From the NCBI RefSeq assembly GCF_964204865.1, contig NC_135261.1:15252001-15316000 (forward strand): DNA of 64,000 nt. The letters run 5' to 3'. This document shows, in pieces, positions 52,283 to 64,000 of this stretch. The notes beneath the pieces were generated by a model that was not told the DNA's origin, made no database searches, and saw only the letters and a list, made by a program, of their open reading frames with translations. Position numbers and translations under genes: made by a program. Origin of the DNA: Styela clava. Taxonomy: Eukaryota. Every line of letters starts with the position of its first letter. The first letter of the stretch is position 1.

Positions 52283-52847
52283 CTGGATGTTTATAAAGTC
52301 GTGCATTAAATTAGGTAAAAAAAACTTTGGTGTGGTCCGTGTAGCTAATGGTGAGCCTATAAAGGTGTATCAATCAATCAATCAATCGTTTATTTTGTCA
52401 TCACAAAAAAACACGTTCAAACATGAAGTGACATAATGAATAAATTACAGTACTAATCATGTTTTTGTGTGACCGGAGTCGCGAGGGACCTAAGAAGGTC
52501 TTCAAGCAGCGACACCTACAGCGCTACAGGTTAGAATAAATATAATTGAATGAGGGATAAAATGAATAAATCCTAGGAATAAGTCATAACTGATACAATT
52601 ACAGCGACATTCGAAGTGTATGCGATTATGACACAGTAAAACAGAAAATGTAACTTTCACGGAATAATTACTAACAACTAATAAAAACGCGAGGAAAGCA
52701 AGATAATGTAATGATAGATAATGTATCGAATGAAGTGGAGAAAATTTAAATAAACAGTGATTAAGATAAAACATAAATGATTACGATATATTGAGGACTG
52801 ACTTATCAACAAAATTGAAATTGAAACTGAACATTCTCAATACCCTG
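52283..52847. mobile_element. Tc1/mariner-like MITE (TA-flanked) interrupted by a LINE 3' fragment
   Basis: ta-ctggatgtttataaagtc ... accctg-ta; shares gatatattgag.actgactt..aacaaaattgaaa with 54458-54670. Confidence 0.5.
52370..52520 (-). mobile_element. 3' end of a CR1/L2-like LINE with (ATTG)n tail
   Basis: The minus strand ends ...aaaataaacgattgattgattgattg, preceded by a stem ggagtcgc...gcgacacc. Confidence 0.45.
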
Positions 52848-54457
52848 TATATCGTTATAGAGGTGTATGAATATGCTCATCATACCTCATACCCTTCCAG
52901 TCAACAATTAATATTAATCTTATTGTCAAGTTGTCAATGTCACAGAACAATCCATCACAATGTAATTGGCTAATAATTTAACCTATTGATTTTTGCTAAT
53001 CAACTCAAATAACAAAAGCCACCGACTTTCGTTTATATATGTATGTAAGAGGATTATGAGTAGTCTCGAGTTCTAGGATTTATTTTCATCCACACTATAA
53101 GTCGAGACGAGCTCGAGCTGCATTTCCTGAGGATACTCAAGCGTTAGAAGGGGAAATGAACGAAACAGCGAACTTAACAACAACTGAACATTCCGAATTT
53201 CACGATAATTACCATCATGGAGTATTAAAGTAAGTTTCTAGATATTGACTAGTATTTGTTTGCAGTCGGAAGTATTATATAGACTCAGTGGTTTAGTGCA
53301 CAAATGAATGCTGTCTCTGTTTGTAAATGGATACAACTAAATCAATGGAAATATATCATCTATATATGATATATTATCTTTCATCGGGAAAGAAAAAAAT
53401 ATTTCATATAACATTATTAACAAACTTCGAATATTGCAGAATGACAAAAATATAGAGCTTGCTTAAACTTTCAACGTTAACCTTTATTCGGATGCTTGAC
53501 ACTTTTAAAATAGCGTTATGAATGTCAAAATCGAATCTCACACAATTTAATAGAATCAAATTTTTTAGAACGAACTTTCCAAAAATCGTTATGTTTAAAT
53601 TCTATTATTGTACCTATATTTGAGACACGAAAATTATTGATGTGCTGCTGCATATATACATTGTTTCATTTTATTTATTTATTAAATTTTATTGAAGTTT
53701 CAATCTGCGATGGATATCAACCGTGGGAGGATTTGCAGTCCTACTTCTACTTGTGTATTTGTATCTTAAAATCAGTTCTTGCGTCATAAAAAAGAAGACA
53801 TTAATCAAAGAGCAATCCTTTTTATATGATTCAGGTGAGAATCAAATTAAATATGGTAACTACTAAGATAAGTTATCAGACATACATAAATGTAGGAAAT
53901 TGTTGCCTCATAAGTAGGATTGGGAATTTTCGAATACCTCATGATTTCATAATCAAATCCGAAAGGTTTTTCGAATTGAATAACGAATACTATTCAATTA
54001 CTGTATACAACCCTTTCATTGTGATACATAAATTACTGAAAACATAGAATCCATCACTCAGTCAGTTTGCTGAGCGTTCACCTACAATAAAAAACAAGTT
54101 TCGTGAAAAATTAGCTAGAAAGAGAAGAGAATTGCGTTATAAAAAATACGGTATTAATAAAAAAATGACGAGATTTCCTCGATCGTTGGCGACCAAATAA
54201 AAAACAAGATGAGAGCGATTTAAAATTGTTTTCTGAACCAATTTGAATAAATTTACCATTCGATTCGAAATGCTCAGCCCTACTTATCAAGTAATCGACC
54301 AAAACTGAATTATTAAACTAAAAGTCATCTAAAACGAAATTTTTGAAACTAGATCAATTTTTCAATCACTTGTTATAATATGACATCGCGATTTCTTTTA
54401 TTTGATAAACTTTTCATACACATCAATATCATTATTTCAATATGTTTGTTAATTACA

Positions 54458-54670
54458 CAGGATGTCCATAAAGTCCATAAAGTAATTTTTTTTAAAAAAG
54501 CAAAGGAAATTTATCGATATCATATGTTGTTTTGGCCCTCACAGAGGTATTGAATGAAGTAAAAATACTTAAACAATTACTGAATAAAAAACCACAAACC
54601 TGGTTAAGATATATTGAGAACTGACTTCATAACAAAATTGAAACTGTAAAGGGACTTTATAAACACCCTA
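54458..54670. mobile_element. Tc1/mariner-like MITE
   Basis: TIRs caggatgtccataaagtcc / ggactttataaacacccta. Confidence 0.55.
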
Positions 54671-55489
54671 TATTTAGAGTCACGTGTACTTGTAATGTAA
54701 TTTCGATTGGTGGTGCGCCCATTCAATAACTTAACAATCTATTCATGTAGAATAAAAAAATTACTTATCTGTATAAATATGTATTTTGTTGCATGCACTA
54801 GATTTCTGAGTTACCAAACACGCCAGCAAAAAAACGTGAATTAACAAATTTAGTTTTAATTTAAAATCGGAAACAAAATATTACTATAGTAACCTTTATA
54901 ATGATTTTTAAATATTTATTCGCTCAATATGAAGTGAAGTCAAAACCTGAATAGAATTGATCTCGATATGAAAAGACTTAAAGTACGAATTTAAACTAAA
55001 TTTCATTTTCTGATAATCAATCAAATTGAAATTGGTTAACTTTTATTCTTCATACAAGTTAGAAATTTGTGCGAGCTAAGTATGAATGTTGACGTCTTAA
55101 GTGAAAGGTTATTTGTTTCAGATGATTATTAGATTATAATTATAGCACAATTTTCTATTTTGACAGGTCAAGAAAGAAATCAATATACATCGGTATAAGA
55201 CAAAAAGAACAGAAATCAATCTGCTAATTGAAAACAAAGGAAGAAATCGGATTTAATATATTGATTTTTTCGGTGCTCTTTTATTGTTACATAACTGCGA
55301 TTGTAAATGCTTATCTACATGTCTAACACGCCTAAATAAGAGTGGTTCTTAATTACTATCATGACACAATGCATTTTTGTTTTATGACCGTTGGTTATTA
55401 AACCAAAACATCTCTTTTGTGTGAGTGTTTTAATTAATACCGTTTTATAGTCGATTTTGGTTACGTTGAAGTTCGCAAATGCAAGGTAT

Positions 55490-56210
55490 AGAGGACTTGC
55501 ACGGGTCACGTGACTTTGCCTACTGGACGGCAATAAAACAAAAACGTCCATTTGGCTCCTGTCAGTTGCAAGTCGGATTATACGTTTCCGTTTTGTTTGG
55601 ATGTTGAAAATGGTTATTTCGTATTGTTCCGCTGGCTGTACGTATAGTATAGACAACGAAATGGATCTTCAGTTATATTCCACTGTTTTCAAAAGATCCG
55701 GAACGTCGCACAATGTGAATATCATCTATTTTTAGGACTGCTTGGAGTCAAGTCCAGAAGTCATCTCGCTTGTGTTTCACTGTACGGCCTACGCCAAGGC
55801 CTACTAATAACATTAGTTTGTCATCTGCTTTCCATTGAAATGAGGGAGCTTATGAATATTCAAGGAAATTGATAACGGCACATTATAACTCACCATCAAC
55901 GAAGTGCTGTCCGCAAACAGTGAAACACAAGTGAGATGGCCTCTCGACTTGACACCAAGCAGTCCTGCCAATAGATGATATCCACATTGCGCGACGTTCC
56001 GGATCTTTTGAAATCAGTGGAATATAACCGAAGATCCATTTCGTTGTCTATACTATATGTACTGCCAACGGAACAATACGAAATAATCATTTTCAACGGC
56101 CAAACAAAACGGAAACCTATAATCCGACTTGCAACTGACAGGAGCCAAATGGACGTTTTTGTTTTATTGCCGTCCAGTAAACAAAGTCACGTGACCCGTG
56201 CAAGTCCTCT
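55490..56210. mobile_element. Fold-back MITE with 294-bp TIRs (AGAG ends, AT flanks; ISL2EU/Harbinger-like)
   Basis: 55490-55783 is the reverse complement of 55917-56210; ends agaggacttgcacgggtcacgtgac; flanked by AT on both sides; 133-bp spacer. Confidence 0.8.
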
Positions 56211-58320
56211 ATAATAATTTGTTTGAAAAAGTGATTTAAAGTGCCCGTGCCCGTTTAGCCCGATGCTATTTATTTATTAGTACAAGGCTGAGATATAGCC
56301 GCATCTCTTCTCTTGCCTTTCCTCATGAATAAACTATTTTTTTTGTGTGGCGAGGCTAGATGTCTGAAGTTGGTTATATATCCCACCGACAAAAATGTTG
56401 CACATCCCTAGTTTAGAATATCACATAACCACAGTGTGATATTAACTTTTGATTATTGCATTTGTACAGGATGCATTCTTTTTTGAGCAATCTATAAGCT
56501 GCAAACATGTATTTGAATAAATCAAAAGTGTAAATAGTGTGCCTGACACATTTATACCACAACGAAATTTACCTTGGATATTGTTGGGGATTTAATATTT
56601 TCATATACTTCCATTGCATATTTCCAACATACCTTCATGGTTTTTTATTAAAAGATGAATTTTTCCAACTATGAAAATGCCATATAACCTACTCATCTAC
56701 CTTAGAGCAAATTAGTGAAATAAACATATCAATTCCTCGAGCCACTGGAATATCTCATTGGAATTCCTAGAGTTCCGCTCGCTCAGAAAGTTTGGAAACC
56801 ATTGGTATAATGCATTGGTTTTTAGTCGGGATTCCGCATAACCCTAAGGTTCCCCCTGTACAGTCGAGAGTCCAATATAAGTATATAGAATCAAATATCT
56901 ATTATATTTACCACTAGTATTAAACTTGCGACACTTTGAAAATCATTTTGACTTGCCAGTATATATTGAATTTGCTTTCAAATATATTCATAGCACATAC
57001 AATTCAGACTATTAAAATATAACACAGGTATTTCCATCTTTTATATTTATGTCATACAAATGCATGAATCTCAAACATAATTTAAGTAGGTCAACTTGGC
57101 TTTCTATGCCGACCAATTAATTTTTTACGTGTGTTGCTCTCCTGCTCCTGAGGTTTTGGGGAGCGCACTTTTATCATTGAGCTCTCGAGTTTTGTTATTT
57201 GTAGGTGTCTATTTTTCATGTTTATTTTTTATTCAGCTAATATTCAGAATTATGATCATATAAATACATTAAATTGTGTGTAATTGCTGGAATAAACTGA
57301 TCCACTGATGTCCATAACTGCCAGAAAGTCAAAGCAACAAAGGTTGGATGGTGTATTTGGGATCGGGCTTTTTAGGTATTTTTGGTGTTTCGCACATCAA
57401 ATCACACAACATCACTCCATATCTCGTATTAGGTGATAGCACCAGTTATTACCTACAGCCCTATATCAGGGGTGGCGAAGTTTATTTGATAAAGAGTGGA
57501 AATTATTTTTATATTACGTTCCCGATCCATTGTTATATCAGATTGCTGCGGTCGTTAATTTGAGTCTATAAAATAATGTTATCTAAACGCCGATGCATGT
57601 GGGGGAAAATAGTACCTAACGGTACCTGAAGGAAAAGCATACTGCTCACAGGTAAAAATGGACAATGAACAGAAAATTTTTTCGAGTCCTGAGGTAGTTA
57701 TGGCATTCTAAAGACAAATATCAGGATACACACATAGCATTGCCTTGGTCGAACACATCAGGCTAATGAGATACAAAATCCCTGACAATAATGATGAGGA
57801 TAAACAGACAGAGTGAAACAGAAACGCTTTGAATACTTAATTTTTTACCTTAACTTTATACTCAATGGCAGGATTTACCGGTAAACAAAAATAAATTATG
57901 AAATCAATTGTTTTATTTTAATATACGTATTTCTATTAGTTCATGCCAAAATGTCATGTAACAATTGTCTTTGACAGGGCAAGAAAAGCAGTATTGATCG
58001 TCACAATATATGTGTAGAATAGAAATCGTTAATTAAGGCAGAAGAAAAAGATTTAAATTATTTTATTAGTTGTTTTTATAAGTTATAATTCTATCAAAAC
58101 AATTAGGTTTAATGACTTCATTAAGAGAGTTTTGTTAAGCGTCTTTAAAATATACTTGTTTCCATGTAGAAATAGTATGTTCCTTTTTATAAAAACCGTA
58201 ATTTTCTTGCGTTGAAAAAGCGTCATCCTGCGTCATAATACAAAAGTGTAAATGTTCATAGAAATTTGGAAAACTTTATGCGACTGTGCAGGAGTATTGT
58301 AGTCTACTGATGACCTTCTT

Positions 58321-61075
58321 TTATTCCTCCATTTCAAACGTTTTATTATCTTTCGACACAGTTTCTTTTGTGTTCGTATCAGATTTATCTAAATTATGAA
58401 AGTAAAATAATAAATCATATATTTTGAACACTAGGGCATGAATTTTTATTTAAATACCTTTCATTATTTCTCCTCCTTTTTGCAGTTCCACCCTTTTTCC
58501 GTACCGTATGCAGTAAATGACGTGATATATTACAATAAGTAGCAAACTAATGATCACCTAAAAAGATATGAAATGTATGTTTAAAAAAGCATAAAAAAAC
58601 TTAAATAATTTATATATCTCAATCAAACAAGTGCTGAATGGTTTTGCATCTTTGTAATTTACTGATTGCTGTTGAAGATGAATCATCACAAGTTGGGTAA
58701 GCATAGCTGTAAAAATACTCCAAGCCAAATGCAATAGGTAAAAGGAAATAACTCTAGTATCACCTGGGCTATGGAATACATCATAGGAAATAGTATTGTT
58801 CTTCCAGTAATTTGAAAAGACCATCCAGCAAGTTGTACGATTGACAATGCAATCTGTCCATTTTGTATTCCTGTTTCAACAGCAACCGTTCTTCGATGTC
58901 GGTGAGACAAGCGTAGAGGCTTAGCAATTGTAGAAACGATAGATGATATAGCTGTAAATTATAAAAAGGTGAACCCGCACGTCGAAAATAACGTTAAACA
59001 TCATAGGGGACCTTAAGAACTTGTCCGTAACATTATGATTATTAGCTGATATAAAATTATGTGAGATATGCTGTACACTGTACAGGATTGCGAGATTATG
59101 CCCACTTCATTTCAGTCTCGGAATAAAAGAGAGAAAGACGCTGGTGAATATGAACAATGCTAATATTACTTTTCTTCTCAATCATGACTTGCATCTTGAA
59201 TTTGTTCCAATTTCAAAATACAGCGTCGGCATCGACTCCTTATTTGCAAGTATAACTTTTAGGAGATCTTTATGCGTTTTTGTTACTTATAGACAACGCT
59301 GAGGGATTGTTGCGTCATAATTCTAAATTGGATCCAGCAACGATTTTATCTTCTGTTGATATAAGAAGCAACTTTTGGAAATATTGGATTGGAAAGGCGT
59401 CATTTTCTTATGCTATTGACTGGGACCAAACATAGGATATGGAATTAGAATCGAAAATTTTTTTCTGATGATACAATTTTCAGATATTCACTCAACAAAG
59501 ATTTTGTTTTATATTCTCTTGCAGTGTTCCTATTGCCGAACTTTTGTATATCTGTTTACAACATGCAATCACACAATATGACGCATGACACAGATACATC
59601 ATACTTTAGAATATTAAGTATTTTACCGTATCCTAAAATAAATCCACATATTGGATAAAACATTGCAGCTATAACCAGTCCAAGTTGAAACTTCCATATA
59701 TCGATAAATGCATAGATGAAAAGGGCAAGTGCTATAACCATAACAACCAATCCAATAACTGCAAGGACCTGTTTACAACAATATTTGATAATAATTGGTA
59801 ATTAGTGTATTCATTTTTTTCGTAATATACATTTAATTCATTATAATTTGCATAATGAATCTCCTAAGAAAACAGTTTTAAAGTATGCCTACTTTCTGAG
59901 AAGACGGTAGCGACATCTTACGAGAGCGCAACAACGGATATTCGAAGAAAACTGTTAAAAGTACTTATTTCAATATCTTGAATCGCTTTCATTATTATTT
60001 ATCGTGTACAATCAATCATTTATTATTTGTATTTTTTGCTTTTTCTGAAATTTATAATTTTTTTTAGGCAAAATACGACAATGTCAAATTTATGTATATA
60101 AATGGTATGGTAGAAAATGGTTTTTACATCGTATTAAATGACAAACATTACCTTCGCTGCAACTATCGCAAATTTTTTCCATTTGTATCGCATTGCTATC
60201 CCAATTGCCAGTGGACCAATGGATAACGCAATAGAGATACCTGATAATTAAATGAATAAATGAATATTGATAAATTCTTCCTGCACTATAGTAGGTTATA
60301 TATACAAGGTAGTCGATAGAAAAACAGAAAATTTGTCAAACAACTATTTAGTTTAACAAAGAATAACTTTTACAAAGTAGATGTTCATAGATGTTCAAAA
60401 TGGCGTTCGTGCACTTCAGAGTAGTGTCTAGTTCTAGTAGCATCTAGAAGATATCAACCTATAAACTTAAAGAAATAAAAACGTATCGATAAAGAAGTGA
60501 GTAAACACGCATTTTATTCGTGTTCTCATCTGATCCTCAACTTCTGCTTTTCTAGCGACCACATCATATATTAAAATTTTAAAAATCGTTTGCATATAGT
60601 TTAGGTGATATCCCTGTGATAATATTGGGAGTCCAACACAATCATCAAAGTCAACTCGAGTGATGTCATTTTTTATTTAACGATTACAGTGTAGATTTTA
60701 ACATACCAAGTCCATCAAAAGGAACTCGTGTTGAGACTGTGCTGAATGCAAGTGAATAAATGTAGAGTAGAAGAGGCAACATTCCCAATGACGCAAATAT
60801 GGATACCGTTGTCATCGTAGTGCTAAAAAACGAAGACGATAAGCTGAAATAAATTATTGAAACTATAAAAAAATTTCAGTAACTCTTATATATATATAAT
60901 TTTAGGATGATATCGAATAATAGCTTTTCAGCTTTCCGGGGTTACCATAATTAGCTATCTGTATAATCTATATAATTTGAAGAATATTCCATATTGTAAT
61001 TTCACAAAAGAAAGTACACCTACAACCAATGATTAAATATTTTTTTATTCGACCACAAAGTGTACACATGGATCA

Positions 61076-61109
<34 letters not shown>

Positions 61110-64000
61110 AGTCATTCCTTTCATCTACTTGTTGTGAAGAAATCGCTTTTTTCAGTAAGTACTGAACCAAGTGATTTTTCAGTGCATAAAGAATGCATTT
61201 TTCGCTAGAAGGCTATTACTTTCATATTTTTTAAATATTTCTGTAGGCTTTAGTGGATTCGATGACATCATCAAAATAAAAAAAGTTGCGCACCTTGTGG
61301 CCGGTCCCTTTCAGTTGCGTTCTGGTGAAGTTGCGCTTTTGTGTCCATATATTCCTACGTTTATAAATATTTAACTAACCTTAATGCCATATCAGCATCA
61401 ATCCAATAAGAAACTATATTTGAATATGTTCCTCCGGGGCAAGAACCCACAATCAACAATGATAACGTTTCTGGTTCCTCCATGCTGAATATCGATGCCC
61501 ACATGTAGGCAAGAATTGGCATAATGACTGAAAGTTTTTTGAAAGACAACGAATAAATTTTTGTAGACATACAAAGTTATTTTAGGCCATTTCATTTATT
61601 TTTACATCGTTATAGTTAGAAACCCAACCATATTTTATTATAGAAGCTATATTTTGGGGTTGTTTAAAACCTTTATTAATAACATTTTACCAAATGATCG
61701 AGGTTAACAAATTTTTTTATAGCATGAAATCAGGTTAATTTATCTTCGGGCTATTTGGACTTATACCAACTCTAACCGTGACGTACAGTGATTGTAAAAA
61801 TATATATAAACATATATAAAGCGTCGCGAGAAAGAGTTGGTGTTAATCCGAAAGTTTCTAAAATATCAATAAATTAAATTATAATTATGCACTACAAAAA
61901 AAGGGATATTTTCTAAAATATCTTGGTTGTTTGAATTTTGTGTCGAACAATAATTTTTGGTATGTCTCACAATTTTGCTCCTTATCACACTTCCGTCTTT
62001 CAAGAAGACTAGGGAATTTCTGTTGCAATATAGTGAATTCGATTTATGAGCAATATGAATGAAATAGGAATAAAATTTGAAACCTCTAAAATTCAGCATT
62101 GTTTTGTAATCGCATACAGTCTAAAGAAGTGGTTCCCAACCTTTTTTATATTGCGGCACACTATTGAACACTTCAAATATTCGCGGCATACCTATCACAA
62201 AACATGAATATTTTCCACTCATAAAGCCATTTTGCTATAAAATAATATTGAAGAAAGAAGTTTCGGAACCTTCCGAGCACCTCACATTATTGTAAAAGAT
62301 GCGCGGCCGCATGGGTAGTACGTGGTACGATGGTGTATTCAAACGCATTTCATTACAACAATTATTTATTATCGCTAGAAACACTAAATAGGTTTAAAGT
62401 TGTTATAAACCGCTAGACGTATCTTTTCACGTTATAAATTTCGTGCCAGGCCTGAGCATAATTTGATGGCAGTGATCATAGCAAGTTACCACAAGTTACG
62501 CCAGATTACTGGCATGATTACAGGTCGCAAGGGTAGGCAAAATAGAATATTTTTATCGAATCGAATAATCGGGATATTTTTAACGAATTGTCGAATATCG
62601 GGTATTTTCAGTATATATATTAAACAGACATTCAGAACGCTGGACATTTTGATGTTCCCGGTGAACTATTTTTGCCCGTACTCATTTTTTTTTGGGTTGA
62701 TTGGTTTATTACACAACAGCGAACGGCGAAGTTTAGCTTTATATTCCTGGGAGAACTAATGCTTTATATCGACGACGTATACGTTAGCGACAGCTATTCA
62801 AAACCTTGCCAAAACGTGCAAAACGCGCAGAAATAGTGAAAAACCGTCAAGGGGAGTTTATCTTTTTCGCCGGCTTTGATCTTTATCCATACCGTTTGTA
62901 AACTAACTTTTCCAATTTTGAGCTGACAGTATTATCATTCTGACACCGGAATGCGGATATTTATGAAAACCTTAGTTAACCTTCTTATTATATTACTTTT
63001 CTATTGTGCCTATTTTATTTTCGTATTTAATATAAATAAAAACCCCACAAAGTCATTACGTGAATCCTGAATGTTATTTGGAGTTTAATGGCAATTCAAA
63101 TAATAATTCTATGGTAATATTTGGGAAAATTTCGCACAATATTTTGTTACCTTTTCAATTTTACGATACGGTGTTGGTGCGCTTTATGAAAAACTAAGAA
63201 TAGAAACAATACCAAAATGCGACTTCTCAAATTAGTCGTTTTTGTTTGTTAGTAAGAGCCGTGGGGCAATTATCGCGGAAATCGAGGGATCGGCTTAGTG
63301 ACGCGCAAGTTCCGTGCCCAATCAAAGCGGCCTAGGTACTCGATAGATGAGTAGTAAAATGACATGCTAATAGCTAAAATAATGACATCAACAGGTTATT
63401 GTTTCGTAACATTACACGGCGCGGTATTTTAGCGGTTGGCAATACAAGTCCCCCGGCAAATAAATTCAGGAAAGTATCATTGCATGAGTTGGTTCGGTGT
63501 CGATTGTCTTGCGCGCGTACACACACTTAGTTCTAAATTTTGAATTAAAATGCGAGTATGTAAGTCGATATGCTAAATTTCATTTGTCTATTGGAATCTC
63601 TTCATTTAAATTCAACATAAAATCTTTTCGCGGCACACCATTAATCATTCACGGTACACGGTGGTTGGGGACCACTGGTATTGCGTAAATTAAAATGAAG
63701 TAGTCTCGTAGCCTAGTCGGGTAAAAGTATATATTACAAAATTAAATTCCACTCACTAAATTGACAAACGAGGCCCGTTAGAATTCCAGTAGGATTTTTG
63801 AAATGCTGTTTCAGTTTACTGATCTCCACTGAACATCCTATACCGATCATGATAAGCGCCAACAAAACGGGGACCATATACATTAGAATAGTTTGAACAA
63901 TCAGCTTCGCCTCGTCGACAGTTGGTCCTGGTATACATGGTTTCACGGTTGAGTTTTCAAACGATGTCTCATTAATCGTAAGGCAAGGTGTCCTAGTTGT
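58321..64000 (-). CDS. SLC10 family sodium/bile acid cotransporter (ASBT/SLC10A2-like); start codon beyond the window
   Basis: Phase-consistent exons >64000-63757, 61527-61380, 60822-60707, 60240-60152, 59768-59627, 58951-58764, 58557-58458, 58388-58321. SLC10 motifs MIGIGCSVE, GLVCQFIIMP, SCPGGTYSN, DADMALSTTMT, GFILGY, RRTVAVETGIQN, FPMMYS. Confidence 0.9.
61076..61109. repeat. (TTG)n microsatellite within a degenerate HINE-family fragment
   Basis: About 11 TTG units followed by aatcgctttttt...tgatttttcagtg, resembling the reverse complement of 15410-15510. Confidence 0.7.
62127..63677. mobile_element. Possible hAT-like element in SLC10 intron 1
   Basis: TIR-like ends agtggttcccaacc / ggttggggaccact and gcggcaca subterminal motifs; no TSD, so it could be two separate pieces. 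Confidence 0.4.

Noticed and set aside
55315-56214. Pair of near-identical ORFs on opposite strands (RLATDRSQMDVFVLLPSS)
   Set aside because: They are the two arms of the fold-back element; no recognisable protein features.
57290-57830. Exon-like segments downstream of SLC10
   Set aside because: Frames are interrupted and no family is recognisable; SLC10 already ends at 58321.

Overview
AT-rich, intron-dense animal genomic DNA. An ascidian/tunicate origin is my inference from the short GT-AG introns, gene content and repeat types. Hand-spliced genes: (1) a minus-strand tandem cluster of secreted, divergent C-type lectin genes, with one disabled copy at 3207-5295 and exon 1 of the next paralog running off the left edge; (2) a complete 27-exon TECPR2 orthologue (+, 16749-38099, about 1639 aa, C-terminal LIR WEMI); (3) a compact adhesion GPCR (+, 41847-47585) with a non-canonical GPS site (H-N-S); (4) a 5'-truncated SLC10 sodium/bile-acid cotransporter (-, 58321->64000). 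Non-coding space holds many mobile elements: a very young ORF-less LTR retroelement with apparently identical 574-bp LTRs and atypical TA...TA ends, nested in a Helentron/DINE-1-like element just upstream of TECPR2; hAT MITEs with 8-bp TSDs; tRNA-type SINEs; Tc1-like MITEs; and two long fold-back palindromes. No prokaryotic systems, CRISPR arrays, rRNA or intact tRNA genes were seen. All identities come from reading the sequence by eye, not from database searches.
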